Below the pieces are notes generated by a model, which saw only the letters and a program-made list of their open reading frames with translations, ran no database searches and was not told where the DNA came from. Made by a program: the position numbers and the translations under genes. A stretch of 63,369 nt of DNA, the filler included, from Sphacelaria rigidula (lineage: Eukaryota): the NCBI GenBank assembly GCA_964200075.2. It is 10 parts of 10 records of this genome, joined end to end, with 100 filler letters (N's around TTAATTAATTAA, not from the genome) between each part and the next. Parts side by side here need not be neighbours in the genome. Positions count along the whole stretch, not along the records: positions 12,695 to 18,941 come from CAXNAA020021250.1; positions 19,042 to 25,288 come from CAXNAA020021251.1; positions 25,389 to 31,635 come from CAXNAA020021252.1; 7 more parts are not named here. One strand, written 5' to 3'. How positions within the stretch are numbered: position 1 is the first letter of the stretch; every line of letters begins with the position of its first letter. Shown here in pieces: positions 12,595 to 25,719 of this stretch.

Positions 12595-15500
12595 NNNNNN
12601 NNNNNNNNNNNNNNNNNNNNNNNNNNNNNNNNNNNNNNTTAATTAATTAANNNNNNNNNNNNNNNNNNNNNNNNNNNNNNNNNNNNNNNNNNNNCCAAAT
12701 CTCCTACAATGTCCCCTAGCTCGACTCTGTACACGAGTCACCCTACCCACCTGGGCGTCGGTCTCCACTACTACTACTACTACTACTACTGTGGTTCGAA
12801 GAAGTGCCTCGAGCTTTCAGATCCCCACTACTACTGTTGTTATCTACACTATTATTCATCTCGGATTGCTCACGATACTAAAGGGGAGGAGATAATAATA
12901 TAGATGTACGAGGAGACAGATGACGCCGAGACATGTGCTCCTTGCATTTCCTTCGTGAGTGAAAGAAGCTCGAATACGTGGTCGAAGAAAAAGCCTCTAC
13001 TTTCCGGGGTTCGTCGTTATCTTGTATCTCTCCCGCTTCCAGCGCATTTCAACGTTCCTGCTTCAAGCTGCGCTAAAGCTCAATGTTCATCTCCTCTCAC
13101 GCGAACAGTGGGTTCTGCCAAGGACCTTTTGCCGACCCACCTCGCGAGGGGGCAACGTCCCCTTACAGACAGTATATGAGATTCAGCCGGTATGCTGCGG
13201 GGATGCAATTGTACCCAGTACATTCATTTTGTAATTTCTTCCTAATTAGCGAGTTATTTTTACACTTTCTCTTGCCACCGCCCATCACAACGAGGATCTG
13301 AAAGTAATTTTGTCCGCTCCACATCCCAAGAAAAAAACCGTCTGTACGCAATATTGGGTGACTGACTTACGGGCTGGCCGGTCATCGGGGGGTATCTAAT
13401 CGCATGACAAAACCAACCAGCACTTGCTTGGGCGCGGGGGGGTAAGACAATATTTTTATTTTACCCAAATCTACCGACGCTAGCACTTTCAAATTCGATC
13501 CAAGGGTAGCCGCGAGAGAAAAACCTTTCTGAAAAAAATATTAGGTCAGGCGCACAGTACTATGAAGATATATATGGAGTGCGTCCAGTACTTCAAATAT
13601 TACAGCATGAGAGTAGCACCAAATCACCACTCATCATATACTACTACAATTAGGCTATAGAAACATGCGAAGCGCGTTGTACACATGCGCCAAATTACCG
13701 CTGAAAAGGTGAAGTTGCAACACCATTACTTATCACACAACATGTACCCTGTAGTTCAAAGTTCGTATTTTACTTCGATATTCCCTTCAACCTATCATCT
13801 ATCAAGTATATGAGCGCACGGTAAAGCCCCATGATCCGTTCCTACGTAACCCAGAAAAGTGGGGAGCAACTCTTGACCATCAATCCGCGACAAAAAGCGG
13901 GGGGGTGCATTCCCGCCCACGCTGCGCCGCACAGTTCATTTTACAATCTTCTCGCATCATAGCAGGTGCGTGATCGATTGGATTGGTGTATGAAGAGGCG
14001 ACAACCACGAACCCTGTGAGCCATTTTGAACGCGCCGACAACCCACAGTGGACGTTGAATAATACACCTGAGACACATGTTTATAAACTTCAACTGTGAC
14101 ATCGACCATACGAAAATGACGGGAAGTCGCGTCGGGTAAACTTTATTGTTCCGATACTTCGAGAGGAGGCAGACGCTTTGATTGCCGCCATTTTAGTTTT
14201 CAAGACTGTTGTCGGACTTGATTACATGCGATCTCAGAAAAACGTGAAACGGAAATATTGAGGAGGGAGCAACAACGGGTCGTAAAATACAAAGGAAGTG
14301 GCAACGGGTGTTCGTTACCGCTCTGGACATGGGGCAGGAGCATTTTTGTTCTTGTTTGTGCAGAGAGAAGCTGTGAAGTACGAGTAGTTTCCCCCTTCTT
14401 CCCATCTGGCGGAATACTAGTGCGGGAAAAACCGCAGAGATGATTCATTCCGAATCCCGAATTAGAGCCAGTTTTGATTTTCAACCAACATAGCTACCTT
14501 TAATATCACCAGCACCACAATACCGGACTGTTGCAACCCCTGCCTCGACACACCGCCACACAAGCAACAGCCATTATCTCTTGACGGATCCTCACAGCCG
14601 AACAATTGCAACATCATTTCTCCACTACTCACACTATCCGGAAGCGCACTGCTGCTGCTGCTTCTACTGTTGCGCTGTCGGCGAGAACAGAACAACTCCC
14701 CTAAGGAAGCTGCACCAAAGTCAAAGACTACGCGGAGACTCATCTCCTCACCTCTCGTGCTGATCGTTTCAAACAGACGGTCGATTGACACTGCTGGACT
14801 TGTGACTAGATACGGCGGGGGATAGTTGGAAACCAAGAAGGACTGAATTGCTGTTACAGTACTTACTTCAGCATAGCTGAAGGGAGGTGCACTTCGGCGG
14901 ACACGTCCACAGGAATACTGTTGCTGCTCCTGGAACCATCATCCTCGCGGCTACTGCATAGAGAAGAAGGAAAGGTGAGGGCGGTAAGATGGAGGTCGAA
15001 CTGTCTTCTCTCCGGTTCAGAAGCTTTAAAGTGCGGGCTGCTGGCTCTCGGCGTATGTACGCGACGATGTTCTAATGCACTTATGTGCTTCTTGTCATCA
15101 CTGCACGGCTGAAGCTGCAGGATTGATGAGCTGTGAATAGAAGGGTATGGTCTGGTGTCTCGCATAGAGAAAGTGTACGTCATCTTGTGTGTGTGTTTTA
15201 TGTATGGGATTTCAGCTTCTGCACGGATTCAAACAGGAGAGGGGCGGCGAGTAGCGCGGGGGGGTACTCGATGCGTGTGTGGGCATGTTGGACCAACGTG
15301 GATTATTAGTAATTCGTTGGTCGAACTACAGTATAGTTTCGAAGTTTCAACTTCGGGGCAGACAAGCATGCGGTGATGCGGTTTGACTGTACCTACGACC
15401 GTGTCGTGCGTGTCAACCACTCGCCATTGCCGTCATTTGTTAACCTCGGACGTATGGATGCTGTATGCACTTCGATGCCTCGCACCAATGCTTCATACGT

Positions 15501-16413
15501 TGGCGCAGTATTAGTAGTAGTGTATGCTACCCGTGCTGCTGCAGAAAGCGCACTATCCGCCGGCACCGCTTCCGACGGTGTGTTGATGGTTTTCGAAAGA
15601 CCTTCCTGGTAGACACACGAAATGATGAGGCCGGCGTTATGCCGAGTGGTGGATACCGTCATCGATACGGGCGCCGTACTGTGTACAGGAGCACAGGAAA
15701 ACGACATATTGTACTCACCATACTAGATACATTTCCTCAGTACTTATACAGAGTTGCAGAGTTTCATGTGATTTTCAGTACTCGTCAAGTTATTAGCTTA
15801 TTTTACCGACTGATGGCTCGCATCAATACAAAACGACTGCCACTCCACCTTGCACGAGCACGTCTGCAAGGAAGAGAAAATCGACGATGTGGGACATGAG
15901 ATGTTCACTTCAGATTTGTGTTGCTCGACACAGAACAGATGCCCTCTCCGATGGATGCAATTAGTTTTGGCTGCACCAGCCCCGGGCTCATTGGGCCAAC
16001 TACACGAGGCGTTACCGTATGCACCTTGTTCTAGCCAAACCAGACTAAGCAAACTGGTGTCGATGGCTGCGGGCTGCCAAACAGATATTACCTACCGACC
16101 ACATCACAGGAGATGTACCGTATCGCCACGAGCCCCAAAATCTACGAGTTTGAATTTTTCCTTACACTATTCGTACAATAATATGCCGCCTTATCGGCCG
16201 CCGATGTCGACGTACTAAAGTCTACTTTCCTTCCTAGTGGATCCAGACTGGGTATGCCGTCGTGTCCCAGTCCGATTTCATCGTTGTGACAACCACTATC
16301 TCTATGGAGGAATTGCGGTTAATCGGCGATGTGTCACAGGTAACTCACGCGTCAGTAAGCGTCAGTTGGCTGCAGGTGGCATACATTGTTGTGATTCATG
16401 ATACATGGGGGAT

Positions 16414-16523
16414 TCCTTCACCCGAGATATCTCAAACTCGAGGTTCCTGGCATACTTATATTTCACTGTAATTCACAGCCAAATATACCGGGAACCTCGA
16501 GTTTGAGACACCTCTACGAAGGA
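16414..16523. repeat. About 110-nt imperfect hairpin (small MITE or pre-miRNA-like)
   Basis: tctcaaactcgaggttcctgg pairs with ccgggaacctcgagtttgaga; closed by outer tccttc/gaagga and inner ctgt/acag stems. Confidence 0.75.
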
Positions 16524-16728
16524 TGTCACGATGTCACCGTCTCGCAAATCCCGCCAATTTATTTTGCTCTGACTGCCCTGTACTGTGTACCCCTGTTGAA
16601 GAATTAGGCGAGGGCTTGTCTCATTGATTTATGTTGCCACTGACGAAATAGATCATATTTCGTGACGGCGTGTTGCATTTTTGTGGCGTCAAGATTAAAT
16701 TCCTCTCTTGTGCAAAGTAGCAACAAGG

Positions 16729-16729
16729 C

Positions 16730-16780
<51 letters not shown>
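16729..16780 (+). repeat. (CAA)n microsatellite
   Basis: About 17 uninterrupted CAA units. Confidence 0.95.
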
Positions 16781-16782
<2 letters not shown>

Positions 16783-17755
16783 GGGTTTAAATGAGGTGAG
16801 GCAGGCCCTTTTTTTCAAAAATAATGATGGTGTTTTCTACAGAGCAAAATTACCACAGCGGTCTCAAGCGAATTTGCGGCCCCTGCCATCAACACCACGC
16901 CGCTGTGTGGCTGTGTGATTTTCCAGCTGCGAGGCGGCATATTTCCGTACCGTTTCACCTCTTTGTTTTCTTCCTTTGGACAGCATAAGTGCGACACTCG
17001 ATTGGTTTGGCCGGTAATTTTCCGTTTGAATCGTTTGGTGTGCAAGCTAGCCCCACGTTTGGTGTGGGTACTGCAGTACAACAATCCTGGTGAAGTTTCC
17101 CTTGCAAGCCAATGTGCACGTTTTGTGACCAGGTTGTAGTGTGCAGATGTTGTTGCAGTGAAGATGCGAAAGCCTTCGCCGTTTAAAGCGCATGTTGTTG
17201 CAATGAAGATGTGAATCTTCCCGGTTCAAAAATAATTTTGAGCGCCCCGCCTCATTTGTTGTTCCTCTTACCGAAGGTCCCAGTACAATCGGCCTTTTCC
17301 CGTTAAACTTGTTGACGATGACGAAGCAACTCTCGCCCGCCGATGACTCAAACAAGCTCTTATCGTACATGGAATAAACCATCAACAACCAACTGTTGCG
17401 CGTTAACCAGCAGGATAAATGTACTCTTGTACAATGCTTGCGACCGAAATGCGTGTTGATCGAAACGATCATTCATGAGCGTTTCCATATCTGCAGCTAA
17501 AGTTTGCCGTGATAGTACCATCACTGCTCCCCGGCTGATGCGCCCGCACATACTGAAAGATGTAGACTGCTGTTCAAAACAGATGGGATGGCACCACACA
17601 CACACACAAGATCCTCACTACACAAAACACACAGCACGGTACAACACTACAGCCAGTGCTGTCTGTCCTTCAGTACAGTGTCGTTGACCCAATCTCCATT
17701 TCCACGTATCCATCTCCGTCAGCTCCTTGAGACCCATCTCTCAACCACGAAGTGG

Positions 17756-18082
17756 TTGACCCTTTGACCGCGGTGCGGGTAGTCCATCTACATCGCGGAT
17801 CCTTATTTCAAGTGAATATTAATGCCGATGCAACGGGGGGACCTACCCTCGCGGTCAAAGGGTTAACCCCTAAACAGCGAGAGTAGGTCATCTGCTAAAT
17901 CGGTATCGATTTCACTTGAAAAAATGATCCATCATCCAGATAGACTACCCTCGCGGTCTAAGGGTTAAAGGGTTTACCCTTAGACCGCGGTGCGGGCAAT
18001 CTATCTGCATCACGCATACTCTTTTCAAGCGAATGCTGATGCCAAATCAGCAGGTGGCCAACCTTCGCGGTCTAGGGGTTAG
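17756..18082. mobile_element. Array of three about 100-bp piggyBac-like MITEs (17760-17862, 17867-17964, 17977-18078)
   Basis: Each has CCCTT(T/A)GACCGCG...CGCGGTC(A/T)AAGGG-type TIRs with TTAA or near-TTAA at the boundaries; the middle copy is inverted. Confidence 0.8.
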
Positions 18083-18177
18083 CCGACGTCTAAGTGGTCG
18101 ATTGGACTTCGATTTTTAGGTTAACATGTACGAGTGAGCGTTGTCCATTCGATCCAGTTCACTCAGACGTTGGATAG

Positions 18178-18350
18178 ACGATTGTTTGATTATCGCACTT
18201 TAACTGACCCCCTAGGGATCCAGCCGTGGTCATGTCATAGACGCACCCAAGGTAAGACAAAACTAACACACTCAACACCTCGCTGAAAAAAAGAAGGAAC
18301 AGAAAAAGGCAAGAAGAAGTCGAACAAAACGACATCGTAGACCAAGACTT
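18178..18350 (-). mobile_element. LINE/SINE 3' end (RTE-like) with AATC-type tail
   Basis: T-rich tract then catgaccacggctggatccctagggggtcagttaaagtgcgataatcaaacaatc; related copies at about 39340-39410(+), 39835-39915(-), 40735-40895(-), 41355-41735(+). Confidence 0.65.
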
Positions 18351-18941
18351 GAAACGAGGGGGTATATCACTTCCTACTACGACGCACACCAGGAGCGAGG
18401 AAGGAGTAGAGTCGGACAGAGCAGGAGAGTTGCACCTGCCTGTGAAAAAAGACGAGCACCGGGCTAGCAGTAGTCAGAGAGTCCACAACGCGATAAAATT
18501 AAAGCAAATAAAGAAGGGTAGGAAAAAGAGGAGGAGGGACCGGGCGAGGCGGAGGCGTGCTAGGAAAGCAGCACGAGTAGCCCGGGTGAGGCAGCGGAGT
18601 CAACTTGTTAAGGTAGCCACTTACAATGTCAGAACTCTAGCTGTGAAAGGGGCCAACGGATGGGGGCGAGACTACAGCGTCTTGTACGAGGCCGCGAGAC
18701 TTGACATCTCGGTAGTGGGACTGCAGGAGACACGAAGGGCGGGGCGAACAGACTGTACAGCAGCAGGTTTCAGAGTCTTCTGCTGTGGGAGCGAGTCAGG
18801 TGGGCAACACGGTGTGGGTATTGCAGTGAAAGAGTCGATTTGCAAGAACGCCACCTATACCACTGAGTACGTTGACGAGCGCCTCATGGCAATGCGGTTT
18901 GAAATATCGGGACAGAGCGGAGCGATCAATTTCGTAGCTGC
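18349..18941 (+). mobile_element. Non-LTR retrotransposon (RTE-like) AP-endonuclease N-terminal region, cut by contig end
   Basis: KVATYNVRTL...ISVVGLQETR...QHGVGIAV...VDERLMAMRF are the canonical APE/EEP motifs of LINE ORF2. Confidence 0.92.
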
Positions 18942-19310
18942 NNNNNNNNNNNNNNNNNNNNNNNNNNNNNNNNNNNNNNNNNNNNTTAATTAATTAANNN
19001 NNNNNNNNNNNNNNNNNNNNNNNNNNNNNNNNNNNNNNNNNCCACCTGACACCCCCCTTTCCGCCATTGCGCAAAATAGGTAAAATCAACAACCCTTTCC
19101 TTGCAGTATTTCTGCCGGGGTCCCCCCCCCCCCCCTCCCGCCCCCGAAAATGTCACGGTCACGGTTTCTTTTTTCTGTTCACGTAGGCATGTTGTTTCCT
19201 CGATCCTGTCATGTTCCACACTTCGAGAAGTATCCCGTCGTAACCCCAGGTTACAGGTCTCAACATGCGCAGACGCCCACGGTTGTGGAAAAAGGGAAAA
19301 TGAAATATTA

Positions 19311-19750
19311 CCCGCCCTGGACAGTAGACGCCATCTGTTGCATGAGCAATACAATCTGTCGCAATAGATGTCAATATTGTCGTCGGTAATGGAATGTCGA
19401 TCGACAAGTTTCTCCATCAATTGTCGTCGGCAATGTCAATCGATAGGCCCCTGTCCCACACTATTGCTCAGGCAGCAGTCTATGGTGGCCCTACACCGAA
19501 AACTGTTGCTGTCCGCCGAATATATATATATATATATATCGGTCGATGGCTGTCCAAATCTGTATGTGTGTCAAATTTATTGATGACGTCGATGGTTGTT
19601 GATCGTTTATGTACCGAATCTACTGATGGATGCAATGACTATTGATGGATTGCGTACGAAATCTGTCGATGGTGGCAATGGCTATCGATAGATACATACC
19701 GGAATCCACTGTGGTATAAAGTGCCTGTCGATAGATATCTCTGTCGTCTT
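19311..19750 (+). mobile_element. Probable left end of a TIR element with subterminal GTCGAT/ATCGAC motif array
   Basis: Begins cccgccctggaca (compare CACACCCTGGACA), followed by many tgtcga/atcga motifs; no matching right end found. Confidence 0.4.
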
Positions 19751-21797
19751 GTGCCACACCCACAATGCAAAATGCCATGTGTAGACCACATTATACTCTA
19801 TTGACGTATAATAGAGATGCCGCAGGTGAACATGAGGTGGGAACATGACGTCACGATTTTGTAAATTCGGAGCTGTTGTATGTTGTGGGAATCCTCGATA
19901 TGTGTGGACAGAAGTTCACGAGGTTTGCTGGTGTGGTGTTGGTACTCAGGTTGCTCCCTCCGATGGACAAGAGCGCTTGAGTAATTTGGTGTGTTGATGC
20001 GATGTGCGTATACCCCGGACAAAAGACTGTGTGATACATCATTGCCGCTGCGATAGCTCCGAAAATTTGACGGTCAACGTTCATTGCATTGTCAGCCGTA
20101 ATCGACTGGCATTGCTGTCTGTGCATAGCTATTGTAGGTAAAAATGTATTCGGGACTAGGGATGGAATGTGTCATTGCCGTGAAAATGGGGGGGAGGGGC
20201 GTACTCGTTTGTTGCTTGCCTTGGTCGTGTTACTATTGACCGTGAAAGTGGGGGAGGCAAGTTGTCTGTCGGTACATGTTTTTTGTCACAACAGGCTCTG
20301 AAGTGCGAGCATCACTGTCTATTGCTAATCACAGCGGATCTGCAAAGCTGCCACCGATACATATTGCTGGTCTCAATAGGATCTGAATTGCGCCCAGCAA
20401 TGTATATTGCTGGTCACAGTAGGATCTGAATAGCTTCCAACTGAAGTGAGATCACCAGTATTTCTTTGTGTTATAATCTCCACAGTGTACGATCGTCATC
20501 TCCAACTGTGGCCATTCCGTAGTGTAGCACGCCATGTTCATGCCAGTTAGCAAGGTCATGTCATGCGCCATGGCACCCAAAAGTACGCAAATCCCCCCTA
20601 TACTGCTCTGTACTGTGCAGTGTGTACGGTGCCATGTCACGATGGCCATATGAGCAGACGCTTAGGTCTCCGATATCGAAACACGCCTCCAAGCTTGCTG
20701 CGGCTTTTTTTCGTCATATGTAAAATAGTCGCCATGGACCGTGTTATACTTCACCTCCGCCCGCAACACCATCAGCGGAGTCAACATACAGCCAGTCTTC
20801 GGTTTAAGCCGAGCATATTTTATGTATCAGACGCATGCTGCTCATGATGGGAGTCGCGTGGGGGAAGAAAAACGAGAGGCATCAACCTTACCTGCATGAA
20901 AAAGCGCGTCATCTGAAACTCGTCATCAAGAAAATATGCTCAATCTTGAAAGAGAAGGTGTCAGGGGTGGATCAGAGGTTTCAGTCGGGCCAACCAGGGT
21001 GAACGACGAACTTGATTTCAATTTGCTCTTTGACACAAAGACCCACTCGTGCATAGCACACGATTTGACTGGACACATGCTGAGCCTTTGACCGTGAGGG
21101 TGGGTCGTTTGGATCACTAGCTCAAGTGAAAATGATGCGCATTCAACCGATGACCAACCTTTGCGTTCAAGGAGCTGAACAAATGTTGTTCGCAGAGCGG
21201 AGCAACGTTTGGTCGCGTGAGCTCTGCGGTTACCCAGGAAATAATTTCTTCAGGTTCTGATCGCCACGGGTGATGTGCTCCGCACATGATCTGTGGCAGA
21301 TAGGAGGGTTGCACAAAGCACTTGATTGTGCGCGCCGGCTTTTTGCCGTGCATCCCCTCTTTACGTGAAAAACCCAATTCGTACTCCATGGCTGTGCCGT
21401 TCGGAGACACTGCGCTTGTATATATGGCAGAATACTATAGTGACGATGATGATCGTTGCCAAAGATGACAGTATGAGCTTTGAAAACAGCCCTGGGGTGA
21501 TTTCGATAACCATTTCCGTCGACAGTACTACCCGCCGGGCAAAGCAAGTATAAGATTATTTTGTGTTTTGTGCACCACCGGTTCATGCATGAAGATATAA
21601 CAAGTTGTTTTTCCTGAGGAGACAGCGTAGTCGCTGTCGATCAGTTCGTCCAATATCTTCTATGCGCCCCTGTTGGGTCACTCGGCGATTCATCCAATTT
21701 CTTGTGTGAGAAATACTGGTTATTGGTCACCCGACGATCGAACATACCGCAACCGTTCCTGACAGGATACGGGGGTAGGTAAGTACGACAGACGTTC

Positions 21798-21935
21798 CAC
21801 ACCCTGGAAAATATATTACATTGCCAAAAAGTGTACTGCGTACAGTATGGACTATTGCGTCTATTGCAACATACAGTAGATCCCATACTGTACGCGGTAC
21901 ATTTTTTGATAGTGTCATCTCCTGTCCAGGGTGTA
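21798..21935. mobile_element. About 140-bp MITE, CACACCCTGGA-type TIR family
   Basis: cacaccctgga ... tccagggtgta; flanks agacgttc / aaaggttc resemble a decayed 8-bp TSD; homologous to 1810-1953. Confidence 0.8.
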
Positions 21936-23699
21936 AAAGGTTCAACGAATCAAAATCCATGTCATCGTCTCGTGGTGAAAGAGATGAATGAAATCACAGC
22001 AAAGCTTGCGAGAAAAGTACACCCCGCCCCGACCCCGCCCTCCTTCTTCTCCTTCCCTCCCTCTCCCTCTCTCCCCCTCCCCCCCCCCTGCGCACCGTCC
22101 TCGACAATGGTTTGCAGGACGTGGTCAAGGGAGGTATTCTCACCCGCAAGCGGTACGTTCTTCGACGATTGCCAAGGTGAGCAAAACAAGCGACAAGAAC
22201 ACTCAATACCGGGAGTCCACTTGCCCCTCTGGTGAAGTGTGGCTTTGCCTTGTCCAGCGGTGATGAAGGTAGTGGATAGTCGCTCAGTATTACGCATATA
22301 TCAAAGGGGGGGAAAAATAGCTATTCGACGAGCATGCAGAGGAGAAAAGCGTCCTTCCTGCAGTCATCTCGATGTGATTTTTGCTCTCCTTTCTTTTTTT
22401 TTTTGCTCTGCTGTCGGTTTCGTTCTTAGCTGTGTACCGCTCCCCTGTATCTCGTGGTGACATGAATCTGGAAGGGAACATTACTTCCGCCCACCATTAA
22501 GTTTTAAGGTTCGAATATACGTGAACCCCCGTGTCCGTCGGAATTCTTGTCCTCAACGAGATGTAGATTATGATCCACTTGTGTTCTCCTCCAAACACAT
22601 CAGCTGCGTAGTAGACAGGCCTCGAAAAGATCCCCTTCTCTGTTCGCATATCCTGGTGTTCGTCTCTTGATTGTACGCTCAACTCCTTCACCCCCAAATT
22701 CGGAGCCGTACTCTCGTGAGTCCATGTTCGATTTCTCTTCCTAGGGTAGAAAAAACGCGTGACGACCTCACCCGATCATCCGGCCACGGCGCGGATCATG
22801 GTAGAGAGGAGCAGGCTGCTGTTTGTGTAGAAATTTGTCGGACTCGGGGAAATACTAAAGAAGCGGGGTTCACCAGTCGTGAAACCGGTGACGCCGAAAC
22901 ATGATATGGTACGTCATCCTCCAAATGCGGAGAAAGTATGGCCAATTTTCTCACGAGGCAAGTATATCTGGGGTTGCTGGTTGTCAGAGGCACAAAATAA
23001 CAGATACCATTCCTGATCGTGCCGAAAAGTAACATCGCAATAAAGCATGAGTATCTACTGCAAAACCCATTTTCGACACATTCATCGAACTCAGCCCACA
23101 AAAATAGGATTTGGGACTTATTCGTGCGCATGAAACTTAACCCAGCCCTGATTCAAAAGTCACAAGTAAGACGAAAAGTTGCATCCAATCACTGCCCTGA
23201 AACGTTGACTCCCAGATACTTGAACTACTTAACTCGAATCCGACTCCCGGGTGGGAAAATTATTATCCGCGAGACCAAATTCACGAGAGGAAAAACCAAC
23301 TCCTACGGCAATCCAATCCCAAGCTCAGCAGTATATCATCCTCCTCGTTCACCCTCGCATTGGACCGAAAGACACTCAAAAGCATCCGAGGAGGCATTTC
23401 CCCCCCTCCAACAGCACTATCGGGTAATCCGCCGGCGGTCAAAAAACGATCGAGGTGGAGCGATGCTTCCTCCCGACATGTTGCTCTCGTAAACCAGTAC
23501 ACAATCCGACGTTCCAGTGTCCGAAATATTTCAGTACAATATCAGAACTGGCCGGAGCAATCTACGGAAGTATCAAGCGTTTGAGCTTGTTAAATTACGC
23601 AACGTACCTATTTCATCAGGAACCGACCAGTCCCAGAAAGCACAGCCATCACCAGCCCCTCTTGGTGAATCACATCCCACGCGCTCATGCCAGACGATC

Positions 23700-23950
23700 A
23701 CTGTACACGAGGCCAGATTTACTCTCTGTAGTAGCTTGTCGCTGAAGCTGTTGATATCCCTAAATAAGATATCGACGTGTAGCTGCAAGCACACCCTAGT
23801 GTTACAGGCAAAGAAAAGTACCCACAGAAAAAGAAAAAAAATGGTTGAGCTAAAGCGCATCATGAACCCACTCTCAATCAACGCTCTACTCTCTAACTCA
23901 CGGAAGCAAGTCACATGTGAAAGGCACGTAGACAGACCGTATAATTTCAC
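23700..23950 (-). mobile_element. Ancient repeat shared with about 27600-27790, possibly a decayed Ty1/copia RT
   Basis: Nucleotide similarity between two contigs (gatatcgacgtgtag..aagcacac; ccactctcaatc); translation VKLYGL...ALIESGF...LQLHVDILF loosely follows copia LYGLKQ...GF...YVDD spacing. Confidence 0.3.
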
Positions 23951-25389
23951 ACTATCGTAACCTTCGGAAACAATTAAACTCCCCCCCCCCCCCCCCCCCG
24001 AGCCCGACCCCCACTCTCCGCGCGCACTATATAGATCGCGTCGAGAGGGTCCCTCAACGGCACAAGGAAAACGGTATCCAAACGGCATCCAAACCGTGGC
24101 ACATTTCAAAGATTATAAGCACCGGTCAAACTCCTACGACACCGCCAACGGATTTCACCTCTCGAACCAAACTCGCGAATGTATCTGTCCATCACGCGTA
24201 AAGAAGAAAGAAAAAAGTATATTCCCACAAAATCACGCTAACGCACGCATGCGCTCCCCATGTGAAAGAGGGCTGGGGAGTGGGGGGATGGAATGGTACA
24301 CCGTGCGTTTTATATCATGTTGTGGAGTGTAAAGCGGCATTTGAGTCTCGACAGTACTTCGCTTCCCCCACGCTCACGGAAAAAGAAAGGGTCACACAAC
24401 CAAACCATTCAGTCACTTGTTATCCTTTCATTTCGTACCGAAGGTACAGCCCACTGCTGCCCAACGCGCATTCCGGTAAATACAGCAACAACCAACACTT
24501 GCCAGTCTTAACAAAACATTATTCAACTGTTGGACTAACCAGCAGGTATTAAAAATAGGCAGTCGAGCACGAGCAAGTTTTCCGTGCACCACACAGGCGC
24601 GCCATCTCATAGTACCGCCGAAACTATTACGTGCCAAGTATGTGTCTCCTGCAGACAATGCTCACGATTCATGCTTGAAACCTCTTGAACGGGAAGGCCT
24701 GTTCCCCACTTCTCTTTACCCTGCTTGGGCCTACAACATGCAGTCCCAACTTCCCGACGTGCACCATGTCCGGTGCGCATCCCTTTCCCTATCCGTCTCC
24801 GGTACAGTGGGCAATATTGCTGCCCCCCGCCCCCGCCCCCAAACCTGCCTGCTCCAAATCACCACCGTTTGATACCCCGAGACTAGACATGAAATCGCTT
24901 TGAGTCGTTCGGACGTTCCTTGAAGGCTGAAAATTCTTTGTCCGCCAGGCTAGCGCGGGTTTTGTTCCCAGCACGAAATCCCTAACGCTCCAGCTGTAAA
25001 GCACCGTTTGTCCTTGAAGACGGCGAGTTCACGAGTCCCGCCTCTTCAACGTAAATGTCGGCCACCGCATCTCCCCCATCCACCCACAGGAACATTCGTA
25101 GATTCCGACCCCCCCTCGAGATCAAAATGGTGAGACACCCAGGAGGCAGTGTAAAAGCTATGGCTGTCTCTGGAAGTGTCAACACCAGATAATAAAGCAA
25201 CTCATTGTAAGCTGTCATCCAAATGCAAGATAATCAGTAGGCCTCGGGCCGAACAATATTGGCCGGATGCAGCTCACCCTTCATGCGANNNNNNNNNNNN
25301 NNNNNNNNNNNNNNNNNNNNNNNNNNNNNNNNTTAATTAATTAANNNNNNNNNNNNNNNNNNNNNNNNNNNNNNNNNNNNNNNNNNNNT

Positions 25390-25548
25390 ATTACGGTCGT
25401 CGCCACTATCGATGCGGCAGGCAAGGTTACTCCCCCGCTGATAATTCTCAAAGGGCAGCGAGTCCAAGCGGCGTGGGTTAATGGCGGGGGTCCACCGGGT
25501 GCATTATATGCTGCAACGGAATCATCGTTCATGGGTCCCAAGATATAG
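25390..25548 (+). pseudogene. pogo/Tigger-type (DDE_1) transposase fragment
   Basis: ITVVATIDAAGKVTPPLIILKGQRVQAAWVNGGGPPGALYAATESSFM matches the DDE_1 pattern ITV...AxG..LPPLIIFKG...W; ends in a stop. Confidence 0.8.
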
Positions 25549-25719
25549 AGTTTTTCCCGCCAGGTGTCTTAAGCGTATCTTAATTGGTACATTTCCCTCC
25601 ATCTCTTCAATTGTTTTTCGTTGTACGCGCATGTATGTTGTCTTGCTTTGTTATTACATGGTCTTTATCGTTGTTTTTTTTGTTGCGATGAACGAGTTTC
25701 CGGAAAAAGCGCTAGCCAT

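Noticed and set aside
14498..17580. Multi-exon minus-strand gene (candidate exons at about 17570-17370, 16072-15807, 15605-15393, 15114-14867, 14790-14498)
   Set aside because: Splice-like signals exist, but phases do not join (14867 to 14790 hits a stop, and there is a stop before the 15392 donor) and no domain is recognisable.
20890..22300. Minus-strand Cys/His-containing ORF fragments as a transposase or gene
   Set aside because: Multiple stops and frameshifts, with no motif I can assign to a family.
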